Shown here: positions 9,586-19,565 of the stretch, one piece after another
How the letters are laid out: each line of letters begins with the position of its first letter
Position numbering within the stretch: position 1 is the first letter of the stretch
IMG/VR virus record: IMGVR_UViG_3300027706_000002
Span: 2,372 to 66,371 of that record
Length of the DNA stretch: 64,000 bases
Direction: 5' to 3' (one strand)
Source: a virus
Program-made: the position numbers and the translations under genes
The notes under the pieces: model-generated
Told to the model about the DNA's origin: nothing
The model's database searches: none
Seen by the model: only the letters and a program-made list of their open reading frames with translations

Positions 9586-10815
9586 TTAGAAGGTGAGCGG
9601 GATTCCCAGGAGAGTAAAGTCGCTTTCCGGGTACTTTTGGATAATGTTGTATCCCGCTGTCGTTGAACTGAGGTTGACGAAGAAGCCTCCTGAACCCGTA
9701 GCGTTCCCGGAAGAAGGCGTGTGAGAAGGATCGTCCGGGTGATAAGAAAGCTCGAAGGTTGTAGAGGTTAGGACATTGATGACCCAAATACCGTTGGCTT
9801 CGGTATTCAGTTGTACCTGGGAGATAGAGACGATATTTCCTGTAGCGAGACCGTGTGGATTCACGGTCGTGATGACGATAGGTTCTGTATTCGATGCGCT
9901 CGAGATCGCTCCGTATACAGCGGAGGTAATCGGCTTTCCCTGACCGTCGAGGACAGCGTGCATCGGGTTGCCTTGTAGGTCGTAGAGACGGATAAAGTGT
10001 GAAGGGTTAAAGCGACTAGGAGGCTGTCCACCGATATCGTCTAGAACCCAGTTCCCGGTGCTGGGATCCCAGTGACCGTTGAGAGCCTTCGAACCTTCGT
10101 CCAGGAGAATCCGATCGAATCCCAAGACGTCGGTAATCGACTTTGGCGCACGAATATCGAACTCGAAGGTTCGCTCATAGTAGAGATAGCAAGAACCGTA
10201 GAACTTTCGTTCCCAAGAGACGTTGGATAACTTGATCGTTCGCCGGGGGAGGCCCCACAAAGGAAAAGCGTTCACCGTGTCTACCATCGGTAAAAAGAGA
10301 TCGATCTCGAGGGCAGCCCGGTTTTGCGAGATTTTGACCGTAGGACGGTTAGCGTCGAACTCTACCTGAGGTCCGCGAATCTGTTCAAAGGCCGAATTGA
10401 GGATCTGCCGACCGAAACGATCGAAGGTAGCCTCTTCTTGATATTTACTGAAGGTTCCGGAAATACGATCGGGTACCAACAGAGGATCATCCCACTGCTG
10501 ATCCTTACAACGTTTATCGTCTCCCTTCGTGGAGAAGGTCTGCTCAACGATCCAGAGATTAACCCGCTCTCCCTCGGTATACTGCGGATGCGGAGTAACG
10601 ACGGCATCGAGCTTACAAGTTGCCCAGAGATCCACATCACCGTCTACAACCCAATACTGTCCTGGTTGAGGAAGTCCAGGACACTGGAGGACGGTTGCCG
10701 GCCCGTCGAGCGAGGAAGAAGTCTCGATCTGCCAACGAATTTTGTATTCACGGTGCCCGTCTCGATCTCGAGTCATCGTCCATGTGCGAGGTCCGCCGCG
10801 TAGTCTAGCCGTCAT
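9586..10815 (-). CDS. tail tip/baseplate-type protein
   Basis: Directly after the TMP; contains an IT...HGL.TG..V.I insert typical of phage beta-sandwich modules. Confidence 0.55.
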   Translation of the reverse strand: MTARLRGGPRTWTMTRDRDGHREYKIRWQIETSSSLDGPATVLQCPGLPQPGQYWVVDGDVDLWATCKLDAVVTPHPQYTEGERVNLWIVEQTFSTKGDDKRCKDQQWDDPLLVPDRISGTFSKYQEEATFDRFGRQILNSAFEQIRGPQVEFDANRPTVKISQNRAALEIDLFLPMVDTVNAFPLWGLPRRTIKLSNVSWERKFYGSCYLYYERTFEFDIRAPKSITDVLGFDRILLDEGSKALNGHWDPSTGNWVLDDIGGQPPSRFNPSHFIRLYDLQGNPMHAVLDGQGKPITSAVYGAISSASNTEPIVITTVNPHGLATGNIVSISQVQLNTEANGIWVINVLTSTTFELSYHPDDPSHTPSSGNATGSGGFFVNLSSTTAGYNIIQKYPESDFTLLGIPLTF

Positions 10816-12242
10816 TAGAAGTCTCCTCCCTCGCCGGAATATTCCGTATCCCGTGGACTCGGATTGGTATTTTCTACCATCTTGTCCACTTTCTTGGAGA
10901 TCTCTTTGAGGATGGGAGTGTTAGCGTCCGGTTTCGGTCCGGCGGTGCTACCGAGACCTTGATTCGCCTGGATACGCGAGATAGCCTCCGCGGAACCGAA
11001 GAGAGCGGCTTCGAGTCTCGACTCGGAGCGACCTCCCTTGGCTCCTTTTTCTAGAGAATCTCCAATACCTTTTCCTACAGCGAGCGCAGCGTCCTCGGCC
11101 TTTTTTCGATCGCCGAGAAGCTCCTTGACTCGTTGTTCAACGTAAACGGCCATGCTGGCGTCAGTTTTCTTCGCTAGTTCGATATATTTTTGAGAAAGCT
11201 CAAGCTCCAGTTTGCCGATTTCCCGCTCCGGCATTTTGAGGGACTTGGAGAAGTCTCCGGACTTGATAGCGTCCCCGAGCCAATCGAAAAGAGCTTTGGC
11301 CTTGTGGACGTAGTGCTCGAGGTCATTGTACCAAGTAACCACCTGAAGTTTAAGTCCGGTCCAGATAAAGCTGGAGATGTCTCCGAAGTGACTGAAAACA
11401 GCCTCTACCCAAACGAACGCTCGAACGATTGATTCCGCCCAGCCTTTCCAATCGACAGACTTAACCAGATCCTTAAACCAATCCGAAAGCCGACGAAGGA
11501 GGGGTAAAAACGGCGTAATTGCTGAGTTGATAAGCAGACCGATATTTTTCTTGAGATCGTCGAAAGTACGACCGAGTCGTTGCATCTCGGCATCGTTTGT
11601 CGCTCCCGCGTCACGAGCCTGTTCCCAAGAAGCTGCTAGAAATTTTTCGATTTCCGCTGTTCTCGTGGCTTCGTCTGCACTACGAGCGAGACCCAACTGA
11701 TGAGCAACGAGATGGGTATTCCCCTTCGCCAGGGCGATCGTTGAGTGAAGATAAGCCTCTGCTTCTCCCCCTTTCGCTGCGGCGATCGCTACGGCGTTTT
11801 TGACCGCAGCCTTTGCCATATCATCGGTCAAACCAGCCGTCTGCGCCTGCTTGAGCATCTCGAGAGTTTGACCTTTAGAGGTCGTGGTGATATCAGCGAG
11901 AGCCGCAGCGAACTTTTGGTAATCGGCGATGACCGATTGGGCGTCCCGACCGCTCATACGGATCGCTGTCGCCAATTGTGTCATGCGGAGTTCGGCCTGC
12001 TCACTCTTTTCTCGAGCTCCTTCCAACCACTTAAGACTACCGATCGTGGCTCCCAGGAGAGCGAGAGCCTGACCAATCCCCGGGATCGCGGAGACCGCTT
12101 TGCCGATCGCTTCCATCTGGGTCTTGATTCCCTGGGTGGCCTCCGCCGTCTTCTGCATCGCCTCCTGCAGCATCCCCATATACTGCGCCGCGTCTCCGGT
12201 CAGGCGGACTAACAGATTCTCGAGTTCGGTTTCGTTGGCCAT
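10815..12242 (-). CDS. tape measure protein (short, 475 aa)
   Basis: ELENLLVRLTGD N-terminus, Ala-rich helical sequence, follows the chaperone pair. Confidence 0.8.
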   Translation of the reverse strand: MANETELENLLVRLTGDAAQYMGMLQEAMQKTAEATQGIKTQMEAIGKAVSAIPGIGQALALLGATIGSLKWLEGAREKSEQAELRMTQLATAIRMSGRDAQSVIADYQKFAAALADITTTSKGQTLEMLKQAQTAGLTDDMAKAAVKNAVAIAAAKGGEAEAYLHSTIALAKGNTHLVAHQLGLARSADEATRTAEIEKFLAASWEQARDAGATNDAEMQRLGRTFDDLKKNIGLLINSAITPFLPLLRRLSDWFKDLVKSVDWKGWAESIVRAFVWVEAVFSHFGDISSFIWTGLKLQVVTWYNDLEHYVHKAKALFDWLGDAIKSGDFSKSLKMPEREIGKLELELSQKYIELAKKTDASMAVYVEQRVKELLGDRKKAEDAALAVGKGIGDSLEKGAKGGRSESRLEAALFGSAEAISRIQANQGLGSTAGPKPDANTPILKEISKKVDKMVENTNPSPRDTEYSGEGGDF

Positions 12243-12519
12243 GGTACCCTACCGCTGCGAACCATTCGGTTTTCGCTTGTTCCGTTACCCGTTCCACGTC
12301 CTGGGAAGAATTCTCTGTATCTGCGCTATCGAAGCGAATCACGAAGTCACTGAGTCGGACCCTATTACCGTGGATCTTGGCAAGCGTTTGGGCGATCTGC
12401 ATAGCATAGTAGTCCGCCCGTACTGGAATGTTCTGTTGTTGGGCTAACCAGGCGATCCAGACCAAAAACTGTCGGTGCGTAAGAGGTTTCTCGACCCCGA
12501 AAAGCTCGTTGAGACCCAC
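12037..12519 (-). CDS. tail assembly chaperone, -1 frameshift extension (gpGT-like)
   Basis: In frame with the -1 reading from A AAA AAC with no intervening stop. Confidence 0.7.
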   Translation of the reverse strand: MGLNELFGVEKPLTHRQFLVWIAWLAQQQNIPVRADYYAMQIAQTLAKIHGNRVRLSDFVIRFDSADTENSSQDVERVTEQAKTEWFAAVGYHGQRNRTRESVSPPDRRRGAVYGDAAGGDAEDGGGHPGNQDPDGSDRQSGLRDPGDWSGSRSPGSHDR

Positions 12520-12527
12520 TCCCAGAT

Positions 12528-12905
12528 CTAGGCTGAGGCGGAAGTGCCCGGCGTGGGTCTTGAGGAGTTTTTTAGGTCATCCCCCCTTACTTCCAACCAG
12601 GCTTGAGCCCGATTGTAGAGAGTTTGGACGACTCGCTTGGGCCAACTCTTTACCGTTGCCAAAGGAACCGGACGATTCTCTTCGTCGAAAAGACACAAAG
12701 AGACGAGAAGAGGCACGGTTTCCGGGACTCCTTCCAGGACACGCGGCTTTCCCTGTTCGTCGAACTTGGCTCCACGAAGCATCGCGGAGCGGTAGATTAC
12801 ATGGGCCCCTTCCGTCAGTTCCCGGAGCGTATAGGCTTTACCACCTAGACGCACCGGGATTTCCTGAGGAAGGAGGTTGTCAATCACAATGGATTCTTCG
12901 GACAT
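12528..12905 (-). CDS. tail assembly chaperone (gpG-like)
   Basis: Between tail tube and TMP; ends DDLKN at a slippery site. Confidence 0.75.
   Translation of the reverse strand: MSEESIVIDNLLPQEIPVRLGGKAYTLRELTEGAHVIYRSAMLRGAKFDEQGKPRVLEGVPETVPLLVSLCLFDEENRPVPLATVKSWPKRVVQTLYNRAQAWLEVRGDDLKNSSRPTPGTSASA
12567..12573 (-). other. programmed -1 frameshift slippery heptamer A AAA AAC
   Basis: CTA AAA AAC in frame 0; the -1 frame reads KLLKTHAGHFRLSLDLGVGLNELF into ORF 12037-12519. Confidence 0.8.
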
Positions 12906-12929
12906 TGGTTTGCTCCTTTAGGTCGTTGT

Positions 12930-13406
12930 CTAGGTTCCGGCCGCTGCTGTGAAGACCGGAGCTTCTTCTGTAAAGGTGTTCGGATCCCAATTGGTCGGGG
13001 TCACCGTGATATTAATCATCGGCATCTCGCCTTCCTTGTGTTCCTGGACTTCGGCCTTTTGGAGAAAACCCCAGAAACACAAGGTAGAGTGATCCGGATA
13101 ACGAATCGTAATCACAGTGGTATCGTTCAAAAGTTCCAAGATACCAGGGTAGACGTCAGGATCGTAGGCGCAAGAAGCCGAAACGTCGGTGAGAGTCTTC
13201 AGAGCTCGATGCTCGTAAGTTCTCCACACGTCGTTATGCATCGTGGTGGTATCGATCTTATCTCCGCCGTCAAATCCCGGCGGTTTGACCGTCTTTTCCC
13301 ACAATTGAATGGCGGGATTGAGTCGGAAGGTAATCAGAGTGCGATAGCCATCCGGCATTTTGAAGCCAGAAGGCTTAACGCGAGTACTGGGTGTTGGAGC
13401 AGACAT
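12930..13406 (-). CDS. major tail (tube) protein
   Basis: IDTTT, YDP, TI.YPD.S...FWGF pattern; canonical position. Confidence 0.75.
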   Translation of the reverse strand: MSAPTPSTRVKPSGFKMPDGYRTLITFRLNPAIQLWEKTVKPPGFDGGDKIDTTTMHNDVWRTYEHRALKTLTDVSASCAYDPDVYPGILELLNDTTVITIRYPDHSTLCFWGFLQKAEVQEHKEGEMPMINITVTPTNWDPNTFTEEAPVFTAAAGT

Positions 13407-13425
13407 CGTACCTCCTCGGTTCCGT

Positions 13426-13872
13426 TTAGCTGAGGCGATAGGTAGCTAGGGTCATGTTAATGGTAAACAGACTACGTTTGGTATTCGGCGTATCTTTTCC
13501 CAGGACTAGTATGGTGCTCCGGGCGATGTTGTAGAGTTCGTAGGTTGCTCCGCTAAGCGTGAGAAGCATGCCGTAAAGGTCTTCATCGAGACTACGGCGG
13601 ATTGCGTAAGTTTTTACATATCCCGTCGCATGATCGGCCCCACGAACGCGAACCTGGATACCCCGATGTTCGAAACTTTCTCCATCTACCATCGCTCTTC
13701 CGTCGCCCTGCGCGGCGGTATCGTAGACCGTGATACAATTGTCGGGCATGGACGGTTCGTTAGTAGCGTAGACCGGCCATTGCCCTCCCAACAGCGGATC
13801 GCTCCCCAAGCCGAGCGCAATAAGAGCGTGTCGGATCAGGTCTGCCGGGCTGTGAAGGAGAGGGAGGGACAT
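13426..13872 (-). CDS. tail terminator / minor capsid-family protein
   Basis: PD..ITVYDT, IQVRVRG, LGKD...R.LFTIN pattern. Confidence 0.75.
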   Translation of the reverse strand: MSLPLLHSPADLIRHALIALGLGSDPLLGGQWPVYATNEPSMPDNCITVYDTAAQGDGRAMVDGESFEHRGIQVRVRGADHATGYVKTYAIRRSLDEDLYGMLLTLSGATYELYNIARSTILVLGKDTPNTKRSLFTINMTLATYRLS

Positions 13873-14231
13873 TAGGACGACTCCTTCCGCGTAAACGCAC
13901 TGGCCTTTAGAGCCCCTGTATCCACGGGGCAAAGTTTTTGCGATTCCCTCTGAAGACGGAGACCAGCAAGGAGAAGAGACTGTTCCAAGGTCTGTCCTCG
14001 GCTGGCTGCTTCGCTGATAATCCGGCGAAGAACGGGTTGTAGCTCCCGGGCCGGTTGTTCGAGGAATTTCGCTTGACCAACGGGATGGTGGGCTTGCAGG
14101 TTTTCATGGACGTAGATCGCGTAGGCCTGCGTGTAACCCACGACGACGGCAGCACCGTGATCCTGCTTGGCTTTATTAAGCCGAGCTTTCATCTTAGTTA
14201 ACAGTTGCTCGATTCTTTCGACGCTTGCCAT
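13872..14231 (-). CDS. HK97 gp10-like neck protein
   Basis: YAIYVHE, GQAKFLE, PVDTGAL..S motifs. Confidence 0.8.
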   Translation of the reverse strand: MASVERIEQLLTKMKARLNKAKQDHGAAVVVGYTQAYAIYVHENLQAHHPVGQAKFLEQPARELQPVLRRIISEAASRGQTLEQSLLLAGLRLQRESQKLCPVDTGALKASAFTRKESS

Positions 14232-14233
14232 GG

Positions 14234-15403
14234 TTACACTTGTATGGTAATTCCGCCGTTGCTCATGTCGACGTAGCTATTTCCTTCGTCGTAGAAATAG
14301 GCCGGAGTCGCTCCATCCAAAAATCGAATCGCACCCATTCCCCAAGACCCCGAGTAGGCGTAGACATTATCGCGGTGAGTTCCTCGTGGTTGTCCGAATC
14401 GCAACGCAACGAGAGGGGCGTTACTATTGATCGACTCGAAGTGATTTCCCACGATATGAACGGGGCCTTCGTGATTGAAGTCTAGACAGTAGTCTCCTGG
14501 AAGGAGGTTAAAAGCAAATCGGCAATCGGTGATCTTGATCGGAGCAAGAGGACCGTGACCGCCTTGAAAGTGGGTGCTCCAAGCCCTTCGCAGATTCTCG
14601 CCGTTACAGGCTTCCATTGTACAGACACCGGGGAAGAAATCGTCTTGACGGATCGCGGTGTCTTGGCCGTTAAAAGTACACTGATGACAATGGGTGTAAC
14701 AACCATATTTACACCAGATACCGTAAGTGCCGCCATTAAAGCCTACGTGATTGAATCGTAGGAAGTGCGCTTGCGAGGATCCGGCAACAACCACTCCACT
14801 ACTACATTGGTCGATTGTACAGTCTTCCCAGATATGCGAGTCGTTGTTGACATCACCGCCGACTCCGCCGGCGATTGTAAACCCTTGGGAGAACCTCTCG
14901 ACTCGTAGACGGCGAAAGAGATTGCCCGTAGAAACGACTCCGTAGGGCGTGGAAGCAGCGTTGCTCATTAGCACCGCCGTCCAACCCGGATTCTGAGCGT
15001 CGTCGTGGAGGAGCAGGTTGCCGATATGGCACTCTTGACAAGACTCCATCCAAAAGAGAGCGGCCGGATCGATTGAGGCTAGCTCCTGTCCGCCGTGGTA
15101 GTGAAGTTGTGTAGCTGCTGGAGAATCTCCGAAAATATAGAGGCCGAGGATACTGGGAATCTTGATCGGACGGTCGATGTAGTAGTGTCCTGGGGGAATG
15201 TAAACTGCTCCGGCCGCGTAGGTGTTATCTTGTGAACACTGTTGGTTGATCGCTAGCTGAATCGAGCAGCGATCAATCGACTCGTCAAGAGAAACTGCGA
15301 ACGGGTAGATAGTCTGCGCTTGCGCCAGACTATTGAAGCGTTCACTGAGCTTATAGAGCCTACCCGTCGCTGGAGCCTTAACCGTTTTCATGAGAATCCT
15401 CAA
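14234..15403 (-). CDS. right-handed beta-helix (pectate-lyase-like) spike/depolymerase
   Basis: IQLAIN, VYIPPGHY motif followed by Asn/Cys-ladder repeats. Confidence 0.7.
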   Translation of the reverse strand: MRILMKTVKAPATGRLYKLSERFNSLAQAQTIYPFAVSLDESIDRCSIQLAINQQCSQDNTYAAGAVYIPPGHYYIDRPIKIPSILGLYIFGDSPAATQLHYHGGQELASIDPAALFWMESCQECHIGNLLLHDDAQNPGWTAVLMSNAASTPYGVVSTGNLFRRLRVERFSQGFTIAGGVGGDVNNDSHIWEDCTIDQCSSGVVVAGSSQAHFLRFNHVGFNGGTYGIWCKYGCYTHCHQCTFNGQDTAIRQDDFFPGVCTMEACNGENLRRAWSTHFQGGHGPLAPIKITDCRFAFNLLPGDYCLDFNHEGPVHIVGNHFESINSNAPLVALRFGQPRGTHRDNVYAYSGSWGMGAIRFLDGATPAYFYDEGNSYVDMSNGGITIQV

Positions 15404-16386
15404 CCGTATTGATAGACACGAACTTCACCGCGAGCACCGCTGCCGCCCTGCCCTCCGACGTTCGTCCCGCCGCCCCCTCCACCGCCACCCCCTCCTGGAG
15501 CTCCGCCGTCTCCGCCACGTCCACCCGTCGTGGAGTTACTCCCTCCTCCACCCCCGCCACCTTGTCCTGACTTGATGTAATTTCCTGCGGTTCCCGCTGT
15601 TCCCGGATTACTTCCTGCTGTTCCTCCGCCTCCACCGCCGCCGCTATTACCGCTCGCTCCACCTCCAGCACCGCCTGCTCCACCGGCCTGTTGCGTGCCG
15701 GGATTGGCGTTCGTTACTCCGCCTCCTGCGCCGCCTCCAGAACCTCCCCAATAGGAATTACCGCCGGCCCCTCCGGTGGCGGCCCCTGTACTAGAAGCGT
15801 TACCGCCTCCTGCTCCACCATACTCCGCCGCGAGGCCGGCTTGCGCCGTCGCGGAAGGGGCTGAGGCTCCGGCTCCACCGAATCCAGCGAGGTTATTCGT
15901 AGATTGAGGTCCGCCTCCAAGATTATTACTGTTACCGCCCTGACCGGCGGACATGATTCCCCCGCCCGCTCCTCCAGTACTCGTATTGACGTTGCCGCCG
16001 TTGCCTCCACCTCCTCCATAAGCATAGATGTACGTGCCGAATTGGGAAGTTCCTCCGGAAGAACCCGAAGTGCCCGCCGCTCCAGTACCGCCTCCACCAC
16101 CGCTATTCGGACACGTACCCACAGTTATGGAAACCGTATCCGTGATGTCCTTGGCGTTGAGAAAATCTCCGTTTCTTGCTCCGCCCCCTCCTCCTCCGCC
16201 CCCCTGGCGGACGTTAGACACTGCGGCCCCCTGCCCTCCGCCACCCTGCCCGCCGGCCCCGATAACGTCCGGATAGACGAGCTTAGCAAATGGGTGTTTG
16301 TACCAGGTTCCAGAAGCAGTAAAGATCTGTATATCGATCAACCGCATGCCTGGAGGAGCCTTCGGGGCTAGCGTACCGAAGCTCAT
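15400..16386 (-). CDS. glycine-rich virion fibre protein
   Basis: FTASGTW..P...GAGG.GG start, GGxGG repeats, GARGEVRV end. Confidence 0.75.
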   Translation of the reverse strand: MSFGTLAPKAPPGMRLIDIQIFTASGTWYKHPFAKLVYPDVIGAGGQGGGGQGAAVSNVRQGGGGGGGGARNGDFLNAKDITDTVSITVGTCPNSGGGGGTGAAGTSGSSGGTSQFGTYIYAYGGGGGNGGNVNTSTGGAGGGIMSAGQGGNSNNLGGGPQSTNNLAGFGGAGASAPSATAQAGLAAEYGGAGGGNASSTGAATGGAGGNSYWGGSGGGAGGGVTNANPGTQQAGGAGGAGGGASGNSGGGGGGGTAGSNPGTAGTAGNYIKSGQGGGGGGGSNSTTGGRGGDGGAPGGGGGGGGGGTNVGGQGGSGARGEVRVYQYG

Positions 16387-16802
16387 AGATCGGCTCCTGT
16401 AGCCAAGATGTTGATTTGCTTACCGCTTGTAACGGTCACCGGAGCGTAGGCGTAGAGCGTGTAGCCGCTCGGCAGATCTAGGTACTTGTTCCCGAAGGCG
16501 TCCACCGGCAGGTTTGAGAAGTTGCTGTTGTTGAAGACGGACACCGTCGGCGTGGAGTCGATCGTACCCGCCGTGATCGGTATCTGTATCGTCCACAGGT
16601 CGTAATTCGTAGCACTGACCGTCACGCCGATCGTGATATCGCGGGCGGACGTATCCGTGGAAGATACCTGAAGCCCGTAGAGTCGTGAGCCATTAGCTCC
16701 GGGCGTGAAGATCGTCTTCTTCGTCTGCCCGTCGGCGTTAACGATCGACTGGATAGCATCGTTGATCGCTTGGTGAAACACCGGAGTCGGAGTAACGGCC
16801 AT
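16383..16802 (-). CDS. small virion protein adjacent to the fibre gene
   Basis: TPGANGSR, STDT motifs; coupled to both neighbours. Confidence 0.55.
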   Translation of the reverse strand: MAVTPTPVFHQAINDAIQSIVNADGQTKKTIFTPGANGSRLYGLQVSSTDTSARDITIGVTVSATNYDLWTIQIPITAGTIDSTPTVSVFNNSNFSNLPVDAFGNKYLDLPSGYTLYAYAPVTVTSGKQINILATGADL

Positions 16803-19045
16803 TATAAAGCTCCTCCTACAACAGTAAGTAGACTCGGATTAATCGCGATAATATCGGTAGCACTCGTTCCGCTATTGTCCCGAGCGATCGTACCGCCCCC
16901 TCGGAAGTTAAGGACAGTGCGAGCGGTCTGCGCTGTACCGTTTCCCTGTATCGTTTTGTAGGCGTTGACGGTTAATGCGCCTGTCGAAGCTAAGGAACCG
17001 TCTCCGGAAACGCTTACTGGTGCGTAAGCAGTACCTCCAGCATTTCCGACAAGAATCTGCCCCGCTCCTGGAGCGGTATTGGGGACAATGGCCGCCTTTG
17101 TCTGGGTGTCGTTGGTAACATTTCCCAGAGACACATCGCTAGCCGCGAGGTTCAGTGTACTGCCGAAAGTCAGAGCATGTCCAGACAGGGTGAGGAAGGT
17201 GTAGCTACCATCTAGACTGATCGTACCGCTCGTAGTGATCGGTCCTCCAGTGAGTCCTGTCCCGGTAGCGACGCTCGTCACGGTACCGGTCGTAGTCGAG
17301 AGCGTCTTCCAGGTGGAACCGTTGTAATACGTCGGCGCAGCCAGGGTGCTGTTGTAGATGAGCAGGCCCGTCCTGGGGGACGTGATGTTGTTCTGCTGCG
17401 TCGTCGTCAGGGAGTTGAGCCCCAGCCCGACGGTCGTCTGCTGTAGGTCGATGGCGCAGGAGGCGTCCGGCACCAGGGAGCCGCCGATGCCGAAGTTGCC
17501 AGATTGCGTGAAGGCGGCTAGGACGTTGTCGGAGTCGTTCGTCCAGAACAGAGTGCCATTGTTAATCATGCCATGGCGGCCTTTGTGGCCGGTCGTCTCC
17601 CAGACGATGCACGGCTGGTCGGTAGCAGCCACGCCGAGGCGGACGCTGTTGTAGCCGAGAAGGGAGCCGGACACCGCCCTCGCCACTGTCAACGCCTGCG
17701 TGGTCGTCCCCTTGGCAACGCCCACGCCGACGTCGGTCATGAGCCACTGGTCGTTGGCGACGGCCCGCCAGGTGCTGCCGTCGGAGAAGATCTCCAGGTA
17801 GTTCTGGTCCCCCAGGATAGTGAGGCCCGTCTGCCCGTCGATCGTGCCGCCACCCTGGACGGAGAGGTTCGCTTGGCTGCCCCCGGACACCTTGAGGACG
17901 ACGCGTGTGCCAGCTGGCAGGCCGAAAGCCGGGTATAGGCTCACGTTGGCCGCACCGGCACTCGTGTCGATGAGCACGTAGCGGTCGGATACGGCGAGGC
18001 TGGCGGTGCCGCTGACGGTGCGTCCGGAGGCAACCACCACCTCGCCCGACTGCTGCGGGAGGGAGATGGTGTAAGTCAGGACGGAGGCAACGTACTTGTT
18101 GAAGCGCAGCTGGGAGCCGTTGTCGTCGTAGACCTCCCAGTAGGTGGTCGCACCGGCAACGTTGAACAGGCGGAGGCGCACCTGGTGGCTGCTGCCGGCG
18201 ATGATCGTCTCCGAGCCGCCGACGTATACCATGGGGTTGTTGATGTCAGCTAGGTCGCAGCGGAGCTTGCCGAGAGCGTCGTTCCCCGGAGCTGAGACGA
18301 TGCCGCCGGCCAGCTGCAACTCGATGTTGGCGTTGGCTGCGTCCGGGTAAATGCCGGCGTTGAAGACGGTGTTACTACCGATAGTCCCGGGTATGTTTCC
18401 CCAAGTGATACAGGCATGTGAATTATTCGGATCTAGCTGAATCCCAGCCTCAGTACTCCCGAAGATGTGAACACCGATAGTCCCGGTGAAGTGTTGCTGC
18501 GCCGTCCACGTGTTCTGGTGCCCCACGTTAATGGAGGCGACCACCGCTCCGGTCGTTGGACTAATCGTCAAGGAGCCATCGGAGTTGCTAACGGAGGTAA
18601 CGCCTCCGGCTGGAGAAACCCAAGTACCGTCGGCTCGTAGAAAGTTAGTCGTACCTCCCCCAGAAGCAGGGACAGCCCCTTGATTGGTAGAATCGAAAAG
18701 AGGTAGGTCTGTGCCGAGGAGAGTCCGAAACGTTGGCTGAGCCGCTGGTCCCGAACCAGGACCGGCGAAGATAGTCCCGGCTACCTGGACGTCGAGTCCA
18801 AGAGTTAAAGTTCCGGAGGAAGTAACCGGAGAGCCGGATACGGTAAAGAGACCGATCGGAGCAGCTAAAGCTACCGACGTGACCGTGCCCGATCCAGAAA
18901 TCGGAGCCCAAGTGCCGTCTCCATGAAGAACGTCCCCCGCGTTACCTGAGAGAGGCAAATCGGTCACGATCAAAGGATCGAACTCGACTAGCTGGACGAC
19001 CCCGCGATTAAGAACGATTCGGTGTAGGAATTCGCGTTGGCTCAT
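16802..19045 (-). CDS. tail/neck fibre protein
   Basis: GTVTSV repeats, PASGGGTTNFLRADGTW, TGLTGGPITTSGTISL, LGNV.N motifs. Confidence 0.8.
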   Translation of the reverse strand: MSQREFLHRIVLNRGVVQLVEFDPLIVTDLPLSGNAGDVLHGDGTWAPISGSGTVTSVALAAPIGLFTVSGSPVTSSGTLTLGLDVQVAGTIFAGPGSGPAAQPTFRTLLGTDLPLFDSTNQGAVPASGGGTTNFLRADGTWVSPAGGVTSVSNSDGSLTISPTTGAVVASINVGHQNTWTAQQHFTGTIGVHIFGSTEAGIQLDPNNSHACITWGNIPGTIGSNTVFNAGIYPDAANANIELQLAGGIVSAPGNDALGKLRCDLADINNPMVYVGGSETIIAGSSHQVRLRLFNVAGATTYWEVYDDNGSQLRFNKYVASVLTYTISLPQQSGEVVVASGRTVSGTASLAVSDRYVLIDTSAGAANVSLYPAFGLPAGTRVVLKVSGGSQANLSVQGGGTIDGQTGLTILGDQNYLEIFSDGSTWRAVANDQWLMTDVGVGVAKGTTTQALTVARAVSGSLLGYNSVRLGVAATDQPCIVWETTGHKGRHGMINNGTLFWTNDSDNVLAAFTQSGNFGIGGSLVPDASCAIDLQQTTVGLGLNSLTTTQQNNITSPRTGLLIYNSTLAAPTYYNGSTWKTLSTTTGTVTSVATGTGLTGGPITTSGTISLDGSYTFLTLSGHALTFGSTLNLAASDVSLGNVTNDTQTKAAIVPNTAPGAGQILVGNAGGTAYAPVSVSGDGSLASTGALTVNAYKTIQGNGTAQTARTVLNFRGGGTIARDNSGTSATDIIAINPSLLTVVGGAL

Positions 19046-19533
19046 GGGTGTATTCCTGAACTAAAGTCTCCGGTGAGTCCGCCCGGAGGTGTGACGAGCG
19101 GCACCGATTTCGCGTTGGGAATCCGCATGAGCCCCAACTTGTGGAAACTGTGTCGAGCCTTGATATCCGGGGTCTCGTTACGCCACTTCACTTCGTGGAG
19201 TTCTTCGTCGAAAGCAGCAGAACCGAGATCGTAGGCTGGGGCCGCAGGAGCCGTTCCGGTTCCGTAGCGAGTTAAGGCCCCGTGACCGCTATACCACTGT
19301 TCGAGATCTCCTTTCCACATCCAAGAGTTCATCGGTACGTGTTGAGCAACCACCACCTCCGCGTCCAAGGCGATCGTATTCCCTTCCGGATCGAGAACCT
19401 CGCGATGCTTCATCAACCAACGACAAGGAATCTCGATAGGAAAGTCTACAACGGGTTGGCCGTATTCGTCGTAGCCCAAAAACGGCCAGACAACCGCTCG
19501 CTGTCGCAGAAATGCTAGCTCTTGTGCTGGCAT
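19042..19533 (-). CDS. head-closure protein (putative)
   Basis: D.YGQP....EIPCRW motif; follows the adaptor gene. Confidence 0.6.
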   Translation of the reverse strand: MPAQELAFLRQRAVVWPFLGYDEYGQPVVDFPIEIPCRWLMKHREVLDPEGNTIALDAEVVVAQHVPMNSWMWKGDLEQWYSGHGALTRYGTGTAPAAPAYDLGSAAFDEELHEVKWRNETPDIKARHSFHKLGLMRIPNAKSVPLVTPPGGLTGDFSSGIHP

Positions 19534-19565
19534 AGAACCCCTTCCCGGTTAACTCCTGGGAAGAA

